Part shown: positions 8,449-20,401 of the stretch, in pieces
Layout: each line of letters opens with the position of its first letter
How positions within the stretch are numbered: the stretch's first letter is position 1
DNA from: an uncultured beta proteobacterium
Lineage (GTDB): Bacteria; Pseudomonadota; Gammaproteobacteria; Burkholderiales; Gallionellaceae
DNA length: 64,000 bases
Assembly: GCA_963849875.1 (NCBI GenBank)
Contig: CAWKIN010000006.1
Span: forward strand, 57,003-121,002
Reading direction: 5' to 3'
Position numbers and translations under genes: made by a program
Notes under the pieces: model-generated
Databases searched by the model: none
Told to the model about the DNA's origin: nothing
Seen by the model: the letters and a program-made list of their open reading frames with translations, nothing else

Positions 8449-10326
8449 ATGAATATCCTTTACGAAGAAGACGGCAGTTTCAAGGTCGGCAGCATCATGA
8501 CCGACAACACCAGCTCACTGCAGATCGAAAGCCTGTCCGGCAAACGCAGCAAGATCAAGGCGGCGAACGTAATGCTGCGCTTCACCCAGCCCGAGTTAGG
8601 CGAATTTATGGCGCAGGCCGAAGCGATGGCCGAGCAGATCGAGACCGAGTTCCTGTGGGAATGCTGTCCGCCCGATGAGTTCGCCTTCGAGCAGACCGCC
8701 GAGGAATACTACGGCCATAAACCTACCCCCTTGGAATCCGCCGCGGTGATGCTGCGCCTGCATGGCGCGCCCATCTATTTCCACCGCAAGGGCAAGGGCC
8801 GCTATCGCGCCGCACCACCCGATGTGCTGAAGGCCGCGCTGGCTGGTGCCGAAAAGAAGCGTCAGCAACTGGCTATGCAAGCGCGCTATGTAGAACAGCT
8901 GAGCAAGTTCGAATTGCCACCCGAGTTCACCGACCATATCAATCATCTGCTCTACCAACCCGACCGCAACACGCTGGAGGTCAAGGCGCTGGAAGCGGCC
9001 TGCGCCGCGACGCATCTGTCTGCCGCGCATCTGCTGCATCAGTGCGGCGCGTTGTCTTCCACGCACGATTTCCATCTCAACAAGTTCCTGTTCGAGAACT
9101 TTCCCAAGGGCACGGGCTTCCCGGAAGTGGCCGTCGGCACTTGGCGCGAGCTGCCTTTGTCCAGCGCGCAGGCCTTCAGCATCGACGACGCGAGCACCAC
9201 CGAGATCGACGATGCCTTCTCGGTGGAACAGCTGGCGAACGGCCATTGGCGCATCGGCGTGCATATCGCCGCACCCGCACTGGGCTTGCCGCGCGATTCG
9301 GCAGGCGATGCCATCGCCGCCAGCCGTTTGTCCACCGTGTATATGCCGGGACAGAAGATCACCATGCTGCCCGATAGCGTGGTGCAAGCCTTCACGCTGA
9401 ACGCCGACCATGTGTGTCCGGCGCTGTCGATGTATCTGGAAGTGGATAGGGACACGCTGCTCATCACGGCTAGCGAGAGCCGCGTGGAGCGCGTGCATAT
9501 CGCGGCCAATCTGCGCCACGACACGCTGGAACCTTTGTTCAACGAGGAGACATTGGCCGCAGGCAGACTGGATTACGTCTACGCGCCCGAACTGCGCTTC
9601 CTGTGGGATTTTGCGAACAAGCTGGAGGCCTTGCGCGGCAAGGCTTCCGACAACAGCACGACTCAGGTCGATTACAACTTCAACATCGTCGATGACCGCG
9701 TCAGCATCACCACGCGTCGGCGCGGTTCGCCTATCGACAAGGTGGTGTCCGAGCTGATGATCCTGGTCAACAGCACTTGGGGAAAACAGCTGGACGAGCA
9801 CGGCTTCCCCGGCATCTACCGCACCCAGAACAACGGCAAGGTGAAGATGAGCACCGTGGCCGCCCCGCATCAGGGTTTGGGCGTGGCGCAATATATGTGG
9901 TCCAGCTCGCCGCTGCGTCGCTATGTGGACATGGTCAACCAGCGTCAGATCATCGCCATGCTGGACGAGGGCGAACCGGTCTATCCCAAGAACGACCCGG
10001 CGCTGTACGCAGTGCTGCGCGACTTCGAGACCATGTACGGCATTTACAACGATTTCCAGCGTCAGATGGAACGCTACTGGTGCTTGCGTTATATCCAGCA
10101 GGAAAAACTGGAGGAGATCACCGGCACGGTGATACGCGAGAATCTGGTGCGGCTGTCCAACATCCCACTGGTGTTCAAGGCGCATTCCATGCCCGAGCAG
10201 CCTGCTGGTAGCAAAGTCACGCTGGGCGTGGGCGACATCGATCTGCTCGACCTGATCCTGCATACCCGCTTCATCTCGGTCGAGACACCGGCCGTCGCGG
10301 CGGTAGCAACGGAGGAGGAGGCTTGA
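8449..10326 (+). CDS. Ribonuclease II/RNB-domain exoribonuclease
   Basis: FSIDDASTTEIDDAFS and SSPLRRYVD RNB motifs. Confidence 0.9.
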   Translation: MNILYEEDGSFKVGSIMTDNTSSLQIESLSGKRSKIKAANVMLRFTQPELGEFMAQAEAMAEQIETEFLWECCPPDEFAFEQTAEEYYGHKPTPLESAAVMLRLHGAPIYFHRKGKGRYRAAPPDVLKAALAGAEKKRQQLAMQARYVEQLSKFELPPEFTDHINHLLYQPDRNTLEVKALEAACAATHLSAAHLLHQCGALSSTHDFHLNKFLFENFPKGTGFPEVAVGTWRELPLSSAQAFSIDDASTTEIDDAFSVEQLANGHWRIGVHIAAPALGLPRDSAGDAIAASRLSTVYMPGQKITMLPDSVVQAFTLNADHVCPALSMYLEVDRDTLLITASESRVERVHIAANLRHDTLEPLFNEETLAAGRLDYVYAPELRFLWDFANKLEALRGKASDNSTTQVDYNFNIVDDRVSITTRRRGSPIDKVVSELMILVNSTWGKQLDEHGFPGIYRTQNNGKVKMSTVAAPHQGLGVAQYMWSSSPLRRYVDMVNQRQIIAMLDEGEPVYPKNDPALYAVLRDFETMYGIYNDFQRQMERYWCLRYIQQEKLEEITGTVIRENLVRLSNIPLVFKAHSMPEQPAGSKVTLGVGDIDLLDLILHTRFISVETPAVAAVATEEEA

Positions 10327-11174
10327 TCAGCAGAGCCACCAAAACGCTGTCTGCGTCGATGCTGTTCTCCATCGCCTTCCACGCCTTCGCGCTATGGGGC
10401 GTGGTGCTGGTGTTGCCCGACCCGAGCAAGGCCCTGAGTTTCATGCAACCGCTGCAGGTGGTGCTGGTCAACAGCAAGTCCAAATCCAAACCGGTCAAGG
10501 CCGATGCGCTGGCACAGGCCAACCTCGACGGCGGAGGCAACACCGAGGAAGACCGTCAGGCCAAGACGCCGCTGCCCACCTTGCAGGACGACGCGCGCTT
10601 CACGCCTGAACAACGCGCCAAGAGTCTGGCCGCCCTGGAAGAGGAATCCAAACGCCTGCTCACGCAGTTGAAGAACGACCGCACCGTGGTACAACCCGAA
10701 CTCCTCAAACAAGCCCAAATCGCCTCGCCCACCGGCGAAGACTTGGTGCAGAAGAGTCTGGAGATCATCCGTCTGGAAGCGCAGATCAACAAGAACCAGG
10801 AAGCCTATCAGCGCATGCCGCGCCGCAAGTTCATCGGTGCGCGCACCCAGGAATACCGCTTCGCGCAATACATCGAGGACTGGCGCGTCAAGGTGGAACG
10901 CATCGGCAACCTCAACTACCCCGAACAGGCGCGCCGCGAGCAGATCTACGGCAAGCTGCAACTGAGTGTGTCGATACGCGCTGACGGCAGTGTGGAAAGC
11001 ATAGAAGTGAGTCGTTCCTCGGGACAACGCATCCTGGATGCGGCTGCGATGCGCATCGTCAAACTGGCCGCGCCCTACTCACCCCTGCCCGCTGATATCC
11101 GTCGCGACACCGACATCCTCACCATCACCCGCACCTGGACCTTCACCCAATCCGACAAGCTGGAGAGCGAATAA
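10323..11174 (+). CDS. TonB-family energy transducer
   Basis: N-terminal TM with S-x3-H; C-terminal NYPEQARR...SSG.RILDAAAMRIV TonB_C domain. Confidence 0.85.
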   Translation: MISRATKTLSASMLFSIAFHAFALWGVVLVLPDPSKALSFMQPLQVVLVNSKSKSKPVKADALAQANLDGGGNTEEDRQAKTPLPTLQDDARFTPEQRAKSLAALEEESKRLLTQLKNDRTVVQPELLKQAQIASPTGEDLVQKSLEIIRLEAQINKNQEAYQRMPRRKFIGARTQEYRFAQYIEDWRVKVERIGNLNYPEQARREQIYGKLQLSVSIRADGSVESIEVSRSSGQRILDAAAMRIVKLAAPYSPLPADIRRDTDILTITRTWTFTQSDKLESE

Positions 11175-11177
11175 GTC

Positions 11178-12581
11178 TCACTGCTGCTGTTGCTGTTGTT
11201 GCTGCAACTTGAGACTGTGGGTGCAATCCAGCGCGGCGATCTTGTAGCACTCCGCCAGCGTCGGATAGTTGAACACATTGCTGATCAGGTCGCGCATCGT
11301 GCCGTTCAGGTTCATCACCAGTTGTCCGATATGCACCAGCTCGCTGGCCTGCTCTCCCACAATATGCACGCCCAATAACTTCTCGTTACGCGCATCCACG
11401 ATAAGTTTGAGCAGTCCATGTGCGTCGCCGATGATCTGACCGCGCGCGCTGTCCTTGAAGTAGGCCCGCCCGATCACATAGGGGATGCCTTCCTTGATTA
11501 CATCCTGCTCGGTCTTGCCCACATAAGATATCTCCGGAATGGTGTACACCGCCATAGGCAGGTTCTCCGCCGTGACATGGGGCTCGCCACTGAAGGCATG
11601 CAATACCGCGGCACGGCCCTGCTCCATGCCGGTCGAGGCGAGTGCCGGACGCCCGATCAGATCACCCACCGCGTAGATGTGCGGCACATTGGTCTGGAAG
11701 TCTGCGTTCACGCTGATCCAACCGTCTTGCACAGCTACACCGGCACGCTCCACGGTGAGCCCTGCGCTGTTTGGTTCGCGGCCTTGCGCGAACAACACCG
11801 CATCTGCGCGCAACTGCTTGCCGCTGGCCAAGGTGGTGAGCGTGCCGGCCTCATCGCGGGTGATTTGCGCGACGCGTTCCTGCATATGGAAGGACACCCC
11901 CATGGCGAGGAAGCTGTCCGCCAACACCTGCACCACGTCTTCGCTGAGATAGGCCAGCAATTGCTTGTGGCTATCCACCACACTCACCTGCACCCCCAGC
12001 GCTGCGAAGATAGATACGAACTCGCAGGCGATCACCCCGCCACCCACCACCAGCAGACTCTCGGGCAGATGGCGCAGATTGAGGATGGACGTGGAATCGA
12101 GCACGGTCTGTTTGTCGAACGGGATATCGGCCGGACGGCGCGGACGCGAGCCGCTGGCCAGCACGATGACAGTGGCCGTGAGCAGGCGCGTGTTACCCGA
12201 GGTATCGGTGACCGCCACGGTATGTGCATCATGCAACGCGGCTTGGCCTGGTATCAGCGCCACGCCGCTGCGCAGTATGCGTTGCAGGATCACCGACTCT
12301 TGCTGCGCGATCACGCCCTGTTTGAGCCGCACGGCTTCGGCCAGCAAGCCGTGGCGACCACGCGCACCGGCACCGAACGAGCCGCGCATGCCGCCGGAAC
12401 GCGTGAGCAGATACGACACCTCTCGCAGCGCCTTGCTGGGGATGGTGCCAGTCTGCAATCCCGCACCACCGATCTTGTCCTTGCGCTCTATGATGGCGGC
12501 ACGTTTGCCCATGCGCGCAGCCTGCCATGCCGCGTGTTGTCCGGCCGGGCCGGAGCCGATGATGATGACGTCGTAGTCCAT
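11178..12581 (-). CDS. sthA: Soluble pyridine nucleotide transhydrogenase
   Basis: GSGPAG, GTIPSKALRE (no redox Cys pair), VFNYPTLAECYK. Confidence 0.9.
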   Translation of the reverse strand: MDYDVIIIGSGPAGQHAAWQAARMGKRAAIIERKDKIGGAGLQTGTIPSKALREVSYLLTRSGGMRGSFGAGARGRHGLLAEAVRLKQGVIAQQESVILQRILRSGVALIPGQAALHDAHTVAVTDTSGNTRLLTATVIVLASGSRPRRPADIPFDKQTVLDSTSILNLRHLPESLLVVGGGVIACEFVSIFAALGVQVSVVDSHKQLLAYLSEDVVQVLADSFLAMGVSFHMQERVAQITRDEAGTLTTLASGKQLRADAVLFAQGREPNSAGLTVERAGVAVQDGWISVNADFQTNVPHIYAVGDLIGRPALASTGMEQGRAAVLHAFSGEPHVTAENLPMAVYTIPEISYVGKTEQDVIKEGIPYVIGRAYFKDSARGQIIGDAHGLLKLIVDARNEKLLGVHIVGEQASELVHIGQLVMNLNGTMRDLISNVFNYPTLAECYKIAALDCTHSLKLQQQQQQQQ

Positions 12582-12890
12582 ATTCTTTCCCTAATCTGTG
12601 TGGGGACTACACTTTTACCATAGATTCCTCCAAGCCCGCCGCCTCGGTGAGCAGCGCCACATTATCGCGGGTGAAATATCTTTCAAAACCCTCATGGCGC
12701 TGTATCAGTTCGATGATCAATGCGCTACACAGGATGCGCGACTTGGACGACACCTTCAACGCTATTGTCATACTGCGTTTATACTCACTAACTACTCCTG
12801 CGACACATGCCCACATCTCGATGATGCCATGTTGTGCGCAAGCAGCTCGGCCTAAAGCAGCCAGCCTTATATAAATGATTGGATGTATCA

Positions 12891-15023
12891 ATGAACCAAC
12901 CTTTTAGTGCCGTTTGGCCTGGCACTCCCTTCAAACGCGGTGCGACGTGGGATGGCGAAGGCGTCAATTTCGCGATCTTCTCCGAATATGCGGAACGCGT
13001 GGAACTATGCCTGTTCGACACCAGCGGGCGACACGAGATACAGCGTATCGAGCTGATCGAGCGCACCGATCTGATCTGGCATTGCTATCTGCCCGAGGCG
13101 CGTCCCGGTCTGCTTTATGGTTATCGCGTGTATGGCCCGTATGACCCGGCGCGCGGACAACGCTTCAACCACCACAAACTGCTACTCGACCCTTACGCCA
13201 AGGACATCGTCGGCAAAGTTCGCTGGAACGATGCACATTTCGGCTACAAGGTTGGACACAAGAATGCCGACCTGAGCTTCGACCGCCGCGACAACGCGGC
13301 CTACATGCCCAAATGCCGCGTCGTCGATTCAGCGTTCACCTGGTGCGACGATGCCTCGCCCAATATCCCCTGGCAGGACATGGTGGTGTATGAACTGCAT
13401 GTGCGCGGCCTCACCAAGTTGCATCCCGACATACCGCCGCATCTGCGCGGCACCTACACGGGACTGGCAAGCGAGCCTGTCATCACTCATCTAAAAAGTC
13501 TGGGTATCACCTCGGTGGAACTGATGCCGGTACACACTTTTCTGGACGACCGATATCTGGTCGAACAGGGGCTGACCAACCACTGGGGCTACAACTCCAT
13601 CGGCTTCTTCTCACCCGACCATCGTTACAGCGCCACACCAGATGACGTGGTGAGCGAGTTCAAGACCATGGTGAAGACCTTCCATTCGAATGGCATCGAG
13701 GTCATCCTCGACGTGGTGTACAACCACACCGCTGAAGGCAACCACCTCGGCCCCACGCTGTCGTTCCGTGGCATGGACAACACCACCTATTACCGTCTGG
13801 TCGGCAGTGACCCGCGCTACTGCATGGACTACACCGGCTGCGGCAACACCCTCAATCTGCAACAACCGCGCGTGCTGCAACTCATCATGGACTCGCTGCG
13901 TTACTGGGTGCAGGAGATGCACATAGACGGCTTCCGTTTCGATCTGGCTTCGGCACTGGCACGCGAACTGCATGAAGTGAACCGCCTCGGCGCATTCTTC
14001 GACATCCTCATGCAAGACCCCGTGTTGTCCCAGGTCAAGCTCATCGCCGAACCTTGGGATCTGGGCGAAGGCGGCTATCAGGTCGGCAACTTCCCTGCGG
14101 GGTGGGGCGAATGGAACGACCGCTACCGCGACTCCATGCGCGCCTACTGGAAAGGCGACGACGGCTTGATCGGCGAGTTCGCGCAACGCCTCACCGGCTC
14201 CAGCGATTTCTACGACCACAGCGGACGCAAGCCTTACGCCAGCGTCAACTTCATCACCGCCCACGACGGCTTCACGCTGCACGATCTGGTCAGTTACAAC
14301 CACAAACACAACGAAGCCAACGGCGAAGAGAATCGCGACGGTACCGACAACAACAACACCTGGAACTGCGGGGCCGAAGGGCCGACCACCGATGCCGCCA
14401 TCAACGCGCTACGGGCACAACAGAAGCGCAACCTGCTGGCCACTTTATTCTTCTCGCAAGGTGTGCCCATGCTGGTCGCCGGCGACGAGATGGGACGCAC
14501 CCAGCTGGGCAACAATAACGCCTACTGCCAGGACAACGCAATCAGTTGGGTGAACTGGGACCTTACCCCCGCCGATGAGGCATTCCTCGCCTTCACCCAA
14601 AAGATCATCGCGCTGCGCCGTGAGCATCCGGTGTTCCGCCGCCGCAACTTCTTCCAGGGGCGCGCCATCCACGGCGCCGACACCAAAGACATACACTGGT
14701 TCAAACCCGATGGTCACGAAATGAGCGACCACGAATGGACACACGATTTCGCGCGTTGTCTGGGTGTTTGTCTGTGCGGAGAAACCATAGAAGAACGCGA
14801 CCAGCGTGGCCAAGTCATTCGCGACGACAACTTCCTGCTGCTGTTCAACAGCCATCACGAGACCATCCCCTACACCCTACCGTTGTTGAGCAAGGGTTCG
14901 CAGTGGCAACCCATACTCGACACCCATCTGAGCGACAACCTAGAGGCCGAACGTCTTTACACGAGCGGCGATATCTATCCGCTGGCAGGACGTTCACTGG
15001 CTTTGTTGATGCAGATGCGTTGA
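12891..15023 (+). CDS. glgX: Glycogen debranching enzyme (GH13)
   Basis: [48 protein letters not shown]. Confidence 0.95.
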   Translation: MNQPFSAVWPGTPFKRGATWDGEGVNFAIFSEYAERVELCLFDTSGRHEIQRIELIERTDLIWHCYLPEARPGLLYGYRVYGPYDPARGQRFNHHKLLLDPYAKDIVGKVRWNDAHFGYKVGHKNADLSFDRRDNAAYMPKCRVVDSAFTWCDDASPNIPWQDMVVYELHVRGLTKLHPDIPPHLRGTYTGLASEPVITHLKSLGITSVELMPVHTFLDDRYLVEQGLTNHWGYNSIGFFSPDHRYSATPDDVVSEFKTMVKTFHSNGIEVILDVVYNHTAEGNHLGPTLSFRGMDNTTYYRLVGSDPRYCMDYTGCGNTLNLQQPRVLQLIMDSLRYWVQEMHIDGFRFDLASALARELHEVNRLGAFFDILMQDPVLSQVKLIAEPWDLGEGGYQVGNFPAGWGEWNDRYRDSMRAYWKGDDGLIGEFAQRLTGSSDFYDHSGRKPYASVNFITAHDGFTLHDLVSYNHKHNEANGEENRDGTDNNNTWNCGAEGPTTDAAINALRAQQKRNLLATLFFSQGVPMLVAGDEMGRTQLGNNNAYCQDNAISWVNWDLTPADEAFLAFTQKIIALRREHPVFRRRNFFQGRAIHGADTKDIHWFKPDGHEMSDHEWTHDFARCLGVCLCGETIEERDQRGQVIRDDNFLLLFNSHHETIPYTLPLLSKGSQWQPILDTHLSDNLEAERLYTSGDIYPLAGRSLALLMQMR

Positions 15024-15110
15024 ACCCTGACTGGTTAAGCTCAGGGACTGCTCTTCTTCGATTGAAGAAATAACAGCCACACCAGACTTAGCTATGATCT
15101 AGTGAAAATG

Positions 15111-15140
15111 AAAACGCCCAGTAATAAACTGGGCGTTTTT
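15111..15140. terminator. Bidirectional terminator between glgX and the MCP gene
   Basis: AAAACGCCCAGT-AATAA-ACTGGGCGTTTTT. Confidence 0.8.
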
Positions 15141-15245
15141 CATGCTGCGCATCCGATCAATTAGCCTTTAATCTTCTCGTCCCTAAAAGGCGATGGATAC
15201 TTAAGGGAGCGGCTTACAGAAAAATTAAATCCACATCACAGACAA

Positions 15246-16943
15246 CTATAACATCTCAACACTTGCATGCGATGGGATAGCGCGCATCTCATGCTTATCA
15301 CCGATTTTGAAGCGCACTACGACTTTAGATATTTGCGCTGAAATCTCGCGGATCATATCCGCAGAATCTTTCGATTGCTCAGCAGCAGTATGTGAACTTT
15401 CAATCAGCGTAGAAACATTATTGGCTTGAGCAACTATTCCGCGACTCGATATGTGGCTGATGGATGCCATATGGTTTATACCTTCAACCATCTTGGTTAC
15501 GGAATGAGAGTAGTCCTCTATATTGGTCATAGCTTTCCCAGCAGATTGGGCCAGATTCAATGCCGAGTCCATTTCCAACACAACTTGGTTCATCATCGTA
15601 GTTGATGCGGAGGAGGAATTCTGCACCTCCAGGATTTTCAGTGCGATAGACTTGGTCAAGTCTGCGACTCGCTCGGCCAACTTACGAACTTCGTTCGCGA
15701 CGACAGCGAACCCCCTACCCGCCTCTCCCGCACGCGCAGCTTCGATTGCCGCATTGAGCGCCAATAAATTCGTTTGCTCGGCAATCTTGCTGATCTCTGA
15801 AACCACCAGTGAGATGTTGCTACACGAACCAGCCAATGCGAACACCTGTTGAGCCGCAACATTCAGGTTATTCGTTACCGAGTGGATCTGCTCGATAGCA
15901 ACCTTGATCGTCTTGCCATTCTCAGATGCTTCCAGACCAGACTTTACTGTCATCAGATTCGCCTCTGCACTGCGCTTACTGATGCCCTCTATTTGCTCCT
16001 GTATATGCAAGATTGCTCTATGAATATCAGTGGCAGAAACGTTGCCGTTTTTGGCAAGTTCCGATAACACAACAGAGGATTGATGCATCTCTAGCGAAGC
16101 GATCTCGTTTCGTTTGATAACCTCCAACATCTCGGAAAATGAGTGTTGCATAGTTGCGATAAGATTATTGAAAGATTGAATGGATTTTCCGACCTCGTCC
16201 TGCTGTGCAATCGGGATACGTATGGTGAAATCCAAAGACGTCGAGATAGCTCTCATCGCCGTTTCCATGCTGCGCACAGGGAGTACCGTGCTGCGATATA
16301 TCCAGATGCCCAGCACGGTGAGCAGCACCAATATCGTGATTGTTACGGCACCAAGAATTAAAAGATTCTTGGTCTGATTCGCGCGATACAAGTCGATTGC
16401 ATAGGCGTTCGCGCGGACTTTCTCAATCTTCAATGTTTCAAAGGTCTGAAACATCTCGGTTTGATACTGACTGGCATTTGCCTCGAGCTCCGCGAGTGCA
16501 ATATCGTTTTGCTTGTTTTGTTTGAAAGAGATGCTTTGATTGATCGACGCAATATAGTCCTTGAATTGCTCAGCAAGCTGTTCGACTATCGCGTGCTGGG
16601 TTTTGTCGTCAGCGAGCTTCAGCTGACCGTCCAATAATTGCTGAATGTGCACTCCCTCAGTATGGATCTTGTTGGGCAGACTCTCTACCAGAGAACTATC
16701 GTTGGAGTATACGAAGTTGACTGCATTGGCATGAACGTCCTTTATGCTCGCACCGATCTCATACAACGCTTGCAAGGCAGGTACCGTCTCATCAAGAATC
16801 GACCCCACCAGCACAGAGTTACGCTGAAACTGTACAAACTGCAAAGCACCGAACAATACAATGGCCGCCGTGGATATCGCCACCAACGATACGATACGAG
16901 AACCGATGCTCATGCCACCTTTGAAGCGAATCTTAAATCCCAT
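15246..16943 (-). CDS. Methyl-accepting chemotaxis protein (4-helix sensor, HAMP, signalling domain)
   Basis: Two TMs; [38 protein letters not shown]. Confidence 0.93.
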   Translation of the reverse strand: MGFKIRFKGGMSIGSRIVSLVAISTAAIVLFGALQFVQFQRNSVLVGSILDETVPALQALYEIGASIKDVHANAVNFVYSNDSSLVESLPNKIHTEGVHIQQLLDGQLKLADDKTQHAIVEQLAEQFKDYIASINQSISFKQNKQNDIALAELEANASQYQTEMFQTFETLKIEKVRANAYAIDLYRANQTKNLLILGAVTITILVLLTVLGIWIYRSTVLPVRSMETAMRAISTSLDFTIRIPIAQQDEVGKSIQSFNNLIATMQHSFSEMLEVIKRNEIASLEMHQSSVVLSELAKNGNVSATDIHRAILHIQEQIEGISKRSAEANLMTVKSGLEASENGKTIKVAIEQIHSVTNNLNVAAQQVFALAGSCSNISLVVSEISKIAEQTNLLALNAAIEAARAGEAGRGFAVVANEVRKLAERVADLTKSIALKILEVQNSSSASTTMMNQVVLEMDSALNLAQSAGKAMTNIEDYSHSVTKMVEGINHMASISHISSRGIVAQANNVSTLIESSHTAAEQSKDSADMIREISAQISKVVVRFKIGDKHEMRAIPSHASVEML

Positions 16944-17523
16944 AATTCAACCGACCATAATTTAGTTTCACAATTTATAAACGGCCTTTATCAGTTGCGA
17001 ATAAGCATCCTGAATCGGTCCTATCTTCCTGACATTCCAAGGCTATTTTCCCCTGCCGATAATGCGCAATATGCATCCCTAAAGATGGACGATGCAGACT
17101 AACGGGGAAAATCTGGCAGCTATATTTCCAGTCGCTTTATGTTCCTGACGGTGGTTGCACAGATGTCTATGTATACATAGACATCATTTCAGCAATATTA
17201 ATTGTTGCCACGATGGTGAGTTTTGCACGCTCCGGTTAGACGCTGTCTTTGGCCGAAGCCAACGAATGACCTCTGAACTTACGTCCTATCCAGAAGCTCG
17301 CCCCATCCACCAGCACGGCAAGGACGACGGCACACACCAGATCGGAGAGGGAGTGCAGCTTCGGCTGAAAACACTCTGTTTTGATGATTTCGCCGTTACC
17401 AATAGAACTACTTGCGCTATTCGCACTCACACAGGCGGGCTTGGTAACTGAAAACATCCGAATCTTCAGACTGCATCAAGAGCCACACCTGCCACCCGTC
17501 GTTCAACCAACCAAGGAGTCATC

Positions 17524-17709
17524 ATGAAAGCAATGGAACAACTGGAACTGGAAGCACACCGTTATCAACTCGACACCGACGTGCGCGACTTAGTCGAGAA
17601 GTACCGCAAGATATTCGATTGGGATATCCCCGAAGCAGACCAGAAGGCCGCAGACCAACTGATCGTGGCGGCGATCCGTAGCACCTTGGACGATATCGTC
17701 CTGCGTTGA
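17524..17709 (+). CDS. Small hypothetical protein
   Basis: AAGGAG RBS; 61-aa helical-looking ORF with host-like codon usage. Confidence 0.65.
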   Translation: MKAMEQLELEAHRYQLDTDVRDLVEKYRKIFDWDIPEADQKAADQLIVAAIRSTLDDIVLR

Positions 17710-17800
17710 CCCTCCTCAATCGGAGCGGCCTTGGTCGTGCACCTGTGCGCGCCTGAAGTCGTCATCACAGCGTCATAAAGTCCGCCTATAAATCGTCTTT

Positions 17801-18403
17801 ATGAAAAAACTGTTCCTGTTTGGACTCCTGCTGAGTTACGCCGCGCTGGCCTGCGCGAGCGCACCCTATCCCGGACTTAAGGTAGCGGTGAGTCGCACCG
17901 GAAATGTGTATGCGCTCAGTGCCAGCTTCGATACGCCGCTTTCCAAATGTGGCGCGTACCGATACCTGACTGATTACGAGGCCGCCAAAAAACTGCCGGG
18001 TGTGGTCGAGTCTACGTCGGTACGCGAATCCGACCACCAAGTCAGAGTGGTACGCACAGCGGATGAACATGTGCTGTTCTTTCATGTGCGCCTGCATTCG
18101 GTACTCCAATATACCGAACAACCTATGGATGACATCTCCTTCACCCAACTCTCAGGCGATTCGAAATCTTTCCAGGGTAACTGGCATATCGTTGCGACCG
18201 AGCATGGCAGCACCCTAAGCTTTCAAGGTTCCTGGGAGCCCGACTCCTACCTGCCCTATTTCGTCATCGATCATTTCGCCGAGAACGATTTGCTCAACAG
18301 ATTCAGTGCGGTCGCACGACTCGCTGAAGCACACGGCGATAAGTCAGGCGCAAGCTGCCTGGTAGCGAAGCGCATTGCACCTGTCGTAACTGCTCCGACA
18401 TGA
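17801..18403 (+). CDS. Exported SRPBCC/polyketide cyclase-like protein
   Basis: Signal peptide; LTDYE....LPGV.ES and SGD.KSFQG.W START-fold patterns. Confidence 0.75.
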   Translation: MKKLFLFGLLLSYAALACASAPYPGLKVAVSRTGNVYALSASFDTPLSKCGAYRYLTDYEAAKKLPGVVESTSVRESDHQVRVVRTADEHVLFFHVRLHSVLQYTEQPMDDISFTQLSGDSKSFQGNWHIVATEHGSTLSFQGSWEPDSYLPYFVIDHFAENDLLNRFSAVARLAEAHGDKSGASCLVAKRIAPVVTAPT

Positions 18404-18498
18404 ATGCCCCTGCTAACGATCTCCAACATCCTGTAATAAATCCCGATTTTCGCGCTTACCGATTACAATCCGCGCAAACCTAATCGGAGACTGCTTAC

Positions 18499-18882
18499 AT
18501 GCTTTTTTTTGATCTATTCAGACACGACCCTGAGTTCCTAAATATCAAGCAGGGTGCAACCCTGTTTAAAGAAGGTGATATCGGTGATGCGATGTACGTA
18601 CTGATAGAAGGCACAGCCGACATCACTATCGCCGGTATGCTGTTCGAGGAATGTGTGCCGGGCACTTTCATGGGAGAGATGGCGGTCATTGATGGTTCGC
18701 CTCGTTACGCAACCGTGACCGCTCGGAGCGATTGCAAGTTTGCTGTCATCGACCATAAGCGCTTCCAGTTCCTCGTCGATGAAGCTCCGAAGTTTGCTAT
18801 CGACATCATGAAAGTGATGTCGATACGCCTGAAGAAATGCAGCGCTATTGCTGTTGCTTCGAATACCTCGATCAAGTCATAG
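18499..18882 (+). CDS. Stand-alone cyclic nucleotide-binding domain protein
   Basis: LFKEGD.GDAMYVL.EG and GEMAVIDGSPRYATV.A. Confidence 0.88.
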   Translation: MLFFDLFRHDPEFLNIKQGATLFKEGDIGDAMYVLIEGTADITIAGMLFEECVPGTFMGEMAVIDGSPRYATVTARSDCKFAVIDHKRFQFLVDEAPKFAIDIMKVMSIRLKKCSAIAVASNTSIKS

Positions 18883-18959
18883 CTCGCGCAGAGAAATCGC
18901 ATCTGAACACTACAACCTTTCCATCGACCTGCTGACCATCCCGAGCACGGCTCACTCCC

Positions 18960-19123
18960 TCAAAGCATTCATCGCGCAGGATATCCAAGAATATCGCTGC
19001 GCACACTTCAAACCTTACCATCACCCCTATAAAGTGATAGGCAAGCAAGTCTTCATCTACCTCAGCACCGACGGGCAGCGCGACATACCAGCATGGGCAT
19101 CACGCAGGATGCTGGGCATCTAG
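18960..19123 (+). pseudogene. Degenerate 3' part of a RelE/ParE toxin
   Basis: IQEYR..HFKPY...YKVIGKQVFIYL..DG.RD....RRMLG; 5' boundary approximate. Confidence 0.65.
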
Positions 19124-19140
19124 CCCGTTTTAAACCGAAA

Positions 19141-19192
19141 GGTCTATATACTTTTGCTTGTGACAAGTGGATAGCTTTGCTGCTAGATTGCG
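19141..19192 (+). repeat. Island motif A, copy 1
   Basis: GGTCTATATACTTTTGCTTGTGACAAGTGGATAGCTTTGCTGCTAGATTGCG; 4 copies in the island. Confidence 0.85.
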
Positions 19193-19204
19193 CGTATTGA
19201 AGCT

Positions 19205-19328
19205 GGGGGCGATGGGTGAAAAGTATACGCACCCGCCCCCCTTTAATTGCACTAAGCTTCGATGAACTGGCTGGTAAGCAATGTGGAATCATAGGCGGAA
19301 AAGAATTGCGAACCCAAGCTCTTTAATT
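19205..19328 (+). repeat. Two copies of island motif B (AAG(T)ATTGCGAACCCGCCCCCTTTAA-like)
   Basis: Copies at 19205-19248 and 19299-19328; related copies at 20244-20286, 20478-20510 and 21251-21287. Confidence 0.7.
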
Positions 19329-19350
19329 CTCATCCACAGGGAGATTCATC

Positions 19351-20217
19351 ATGACAAAAAACTCAGTTCAGAAATCAACAAGGTATCTGCCGGTTCTTTT
19401 TCTTGTTGGCATCAGTTGTGTGCTTGCTGCCTGCTCAGGCAAGATCGTACGGGTTGAAGTCGATCCCGCCACGCCTATCGTTTGCGACACCACCTTCCAC
19501 ACGCCCTGCGGCGTGACTGATACACACCCTGTCACCATACTGGTATGGGGTGAAGGAAAGTGCGATACAGTGGGCCTTGATCCTGGTGTGGGTGTTGACG
19601 TTGGTCATCGCGTTAACACGACACTGTATAACGGACCTGTTGATTTTGGTCAGGCCGGTGCCAGCATCCCACTTAAGTTCACTTATACCTATAGTAATGC
19701 GTGGCCGGGCCTCAAGACCATCCATGCTTTTTCAGCGAATAATTGTTTGGGGGAAGCGAGGACCACACTCCAGGTTTTGCGCAAAACTAATACCAATGTA
19801 CATACCGACATGACCTTTCCACTTGCACAATCCTTTTTCCAAGGGAATGGTCCTGCCCCTGGGCCTTGCGCATTGTTGCCTGGCGTACAAGCATTGCGCG
19901 CCAATACCAAAGTCACTGTCGTAGCCAATCCCGCCGCTAGCCATAGGATCGACTTTGGTTGTTTCCTGGGCGGTTGTATTTACGGTGCCGATGGCGCGCA
20001 GAACACATCAGCAGCGGCACCATTCCCATTCCCTGGAAAAGCCAAGTATTCACTCGTCTTAAAAGTTGGATCACAAGAAGTACAAGGCGGCAACCAGACC
20101 TCATTCACGACCAACCAAATCGGCCCACTCGAGATTTGCGTGAATGATGATGTATTGGCAGACAACACGGGCGCTTGGGAGCTCTCGATTTCTGTGGATG
20201 AGTCGCAAGCACCGTAA
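19351..20217 (+). CDS. Cys-containing lipoprotein with a C-terminal PA-IL/LecA-like lectin fold (putative)
   Basis: Lipobox VLAAC; C-terminal G.LEICVNDD.LADNTGAW.LSI resembles the PA-IL family; GGGAG RBS. Confidence 0.65.
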   Translation: MTKNSVQKSTRYLPVLFLVGISCVLAACSGKIVRVEVDPATPIVCDTTFHTPCGVTDTHPVTILVWGEGKCDTVGLDPGVGVDVGHRVNTTLYNGPVDFGQAGASIPLKFTYTYSNAWPGLKTIHAFSANNCLGEARTTLQVLRKTNTNVHTDMTFPLAQSFFQGNGPAPGPCALLPGVQALRANTKVTVVANPAASHRIDFGCFLGGCIYGADGAQNTSAAAPFPFPGKAKYSLVLKVGSQEVQGGNQTSFTTNQIGPLEICVNDDVLADNTGAWELSISVDESQAP

Positions 20218-20288
20218 TGGTTTGATATGAGCTCTGCGATATAGGGGTGTGGTGAAAAAGCATTGCTCGCCATGCCCCTTTTTATTTT

Positions 20289-20384
20289 TATCGGGTGATC
20301 GGCGATGAGGTATTCATCTACCTCATCGCCGACGGACGACGCGACATGCAAACCTTGTTGTCGCCCAGGATGCTGGGCGTATAG
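20289..20384 (+). pseudogene. Second RelE/ParE toxin 3' remnant
   Basis: YRVIGDEVFIYLIADGRRDMQTLLSPRMLGV*; colinear with 19028-19123 (offset 1261). Confidence 0.75.
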
Positions 20385-20401
20385 CCAAAATATAACCGAG
20401 A

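Noticed and set aside
12607-12891. Short ORFs between sthA and glgX
   Set aside because: Overlapping frames on both strands with no clear RBS or family motif; cannot choose one
17155-17457. Possible small ORF (MTSELTSYPEARPIHQHGKDDG...)
   Set aside because: No convincing RBS or recognisable similarity; left uncalled
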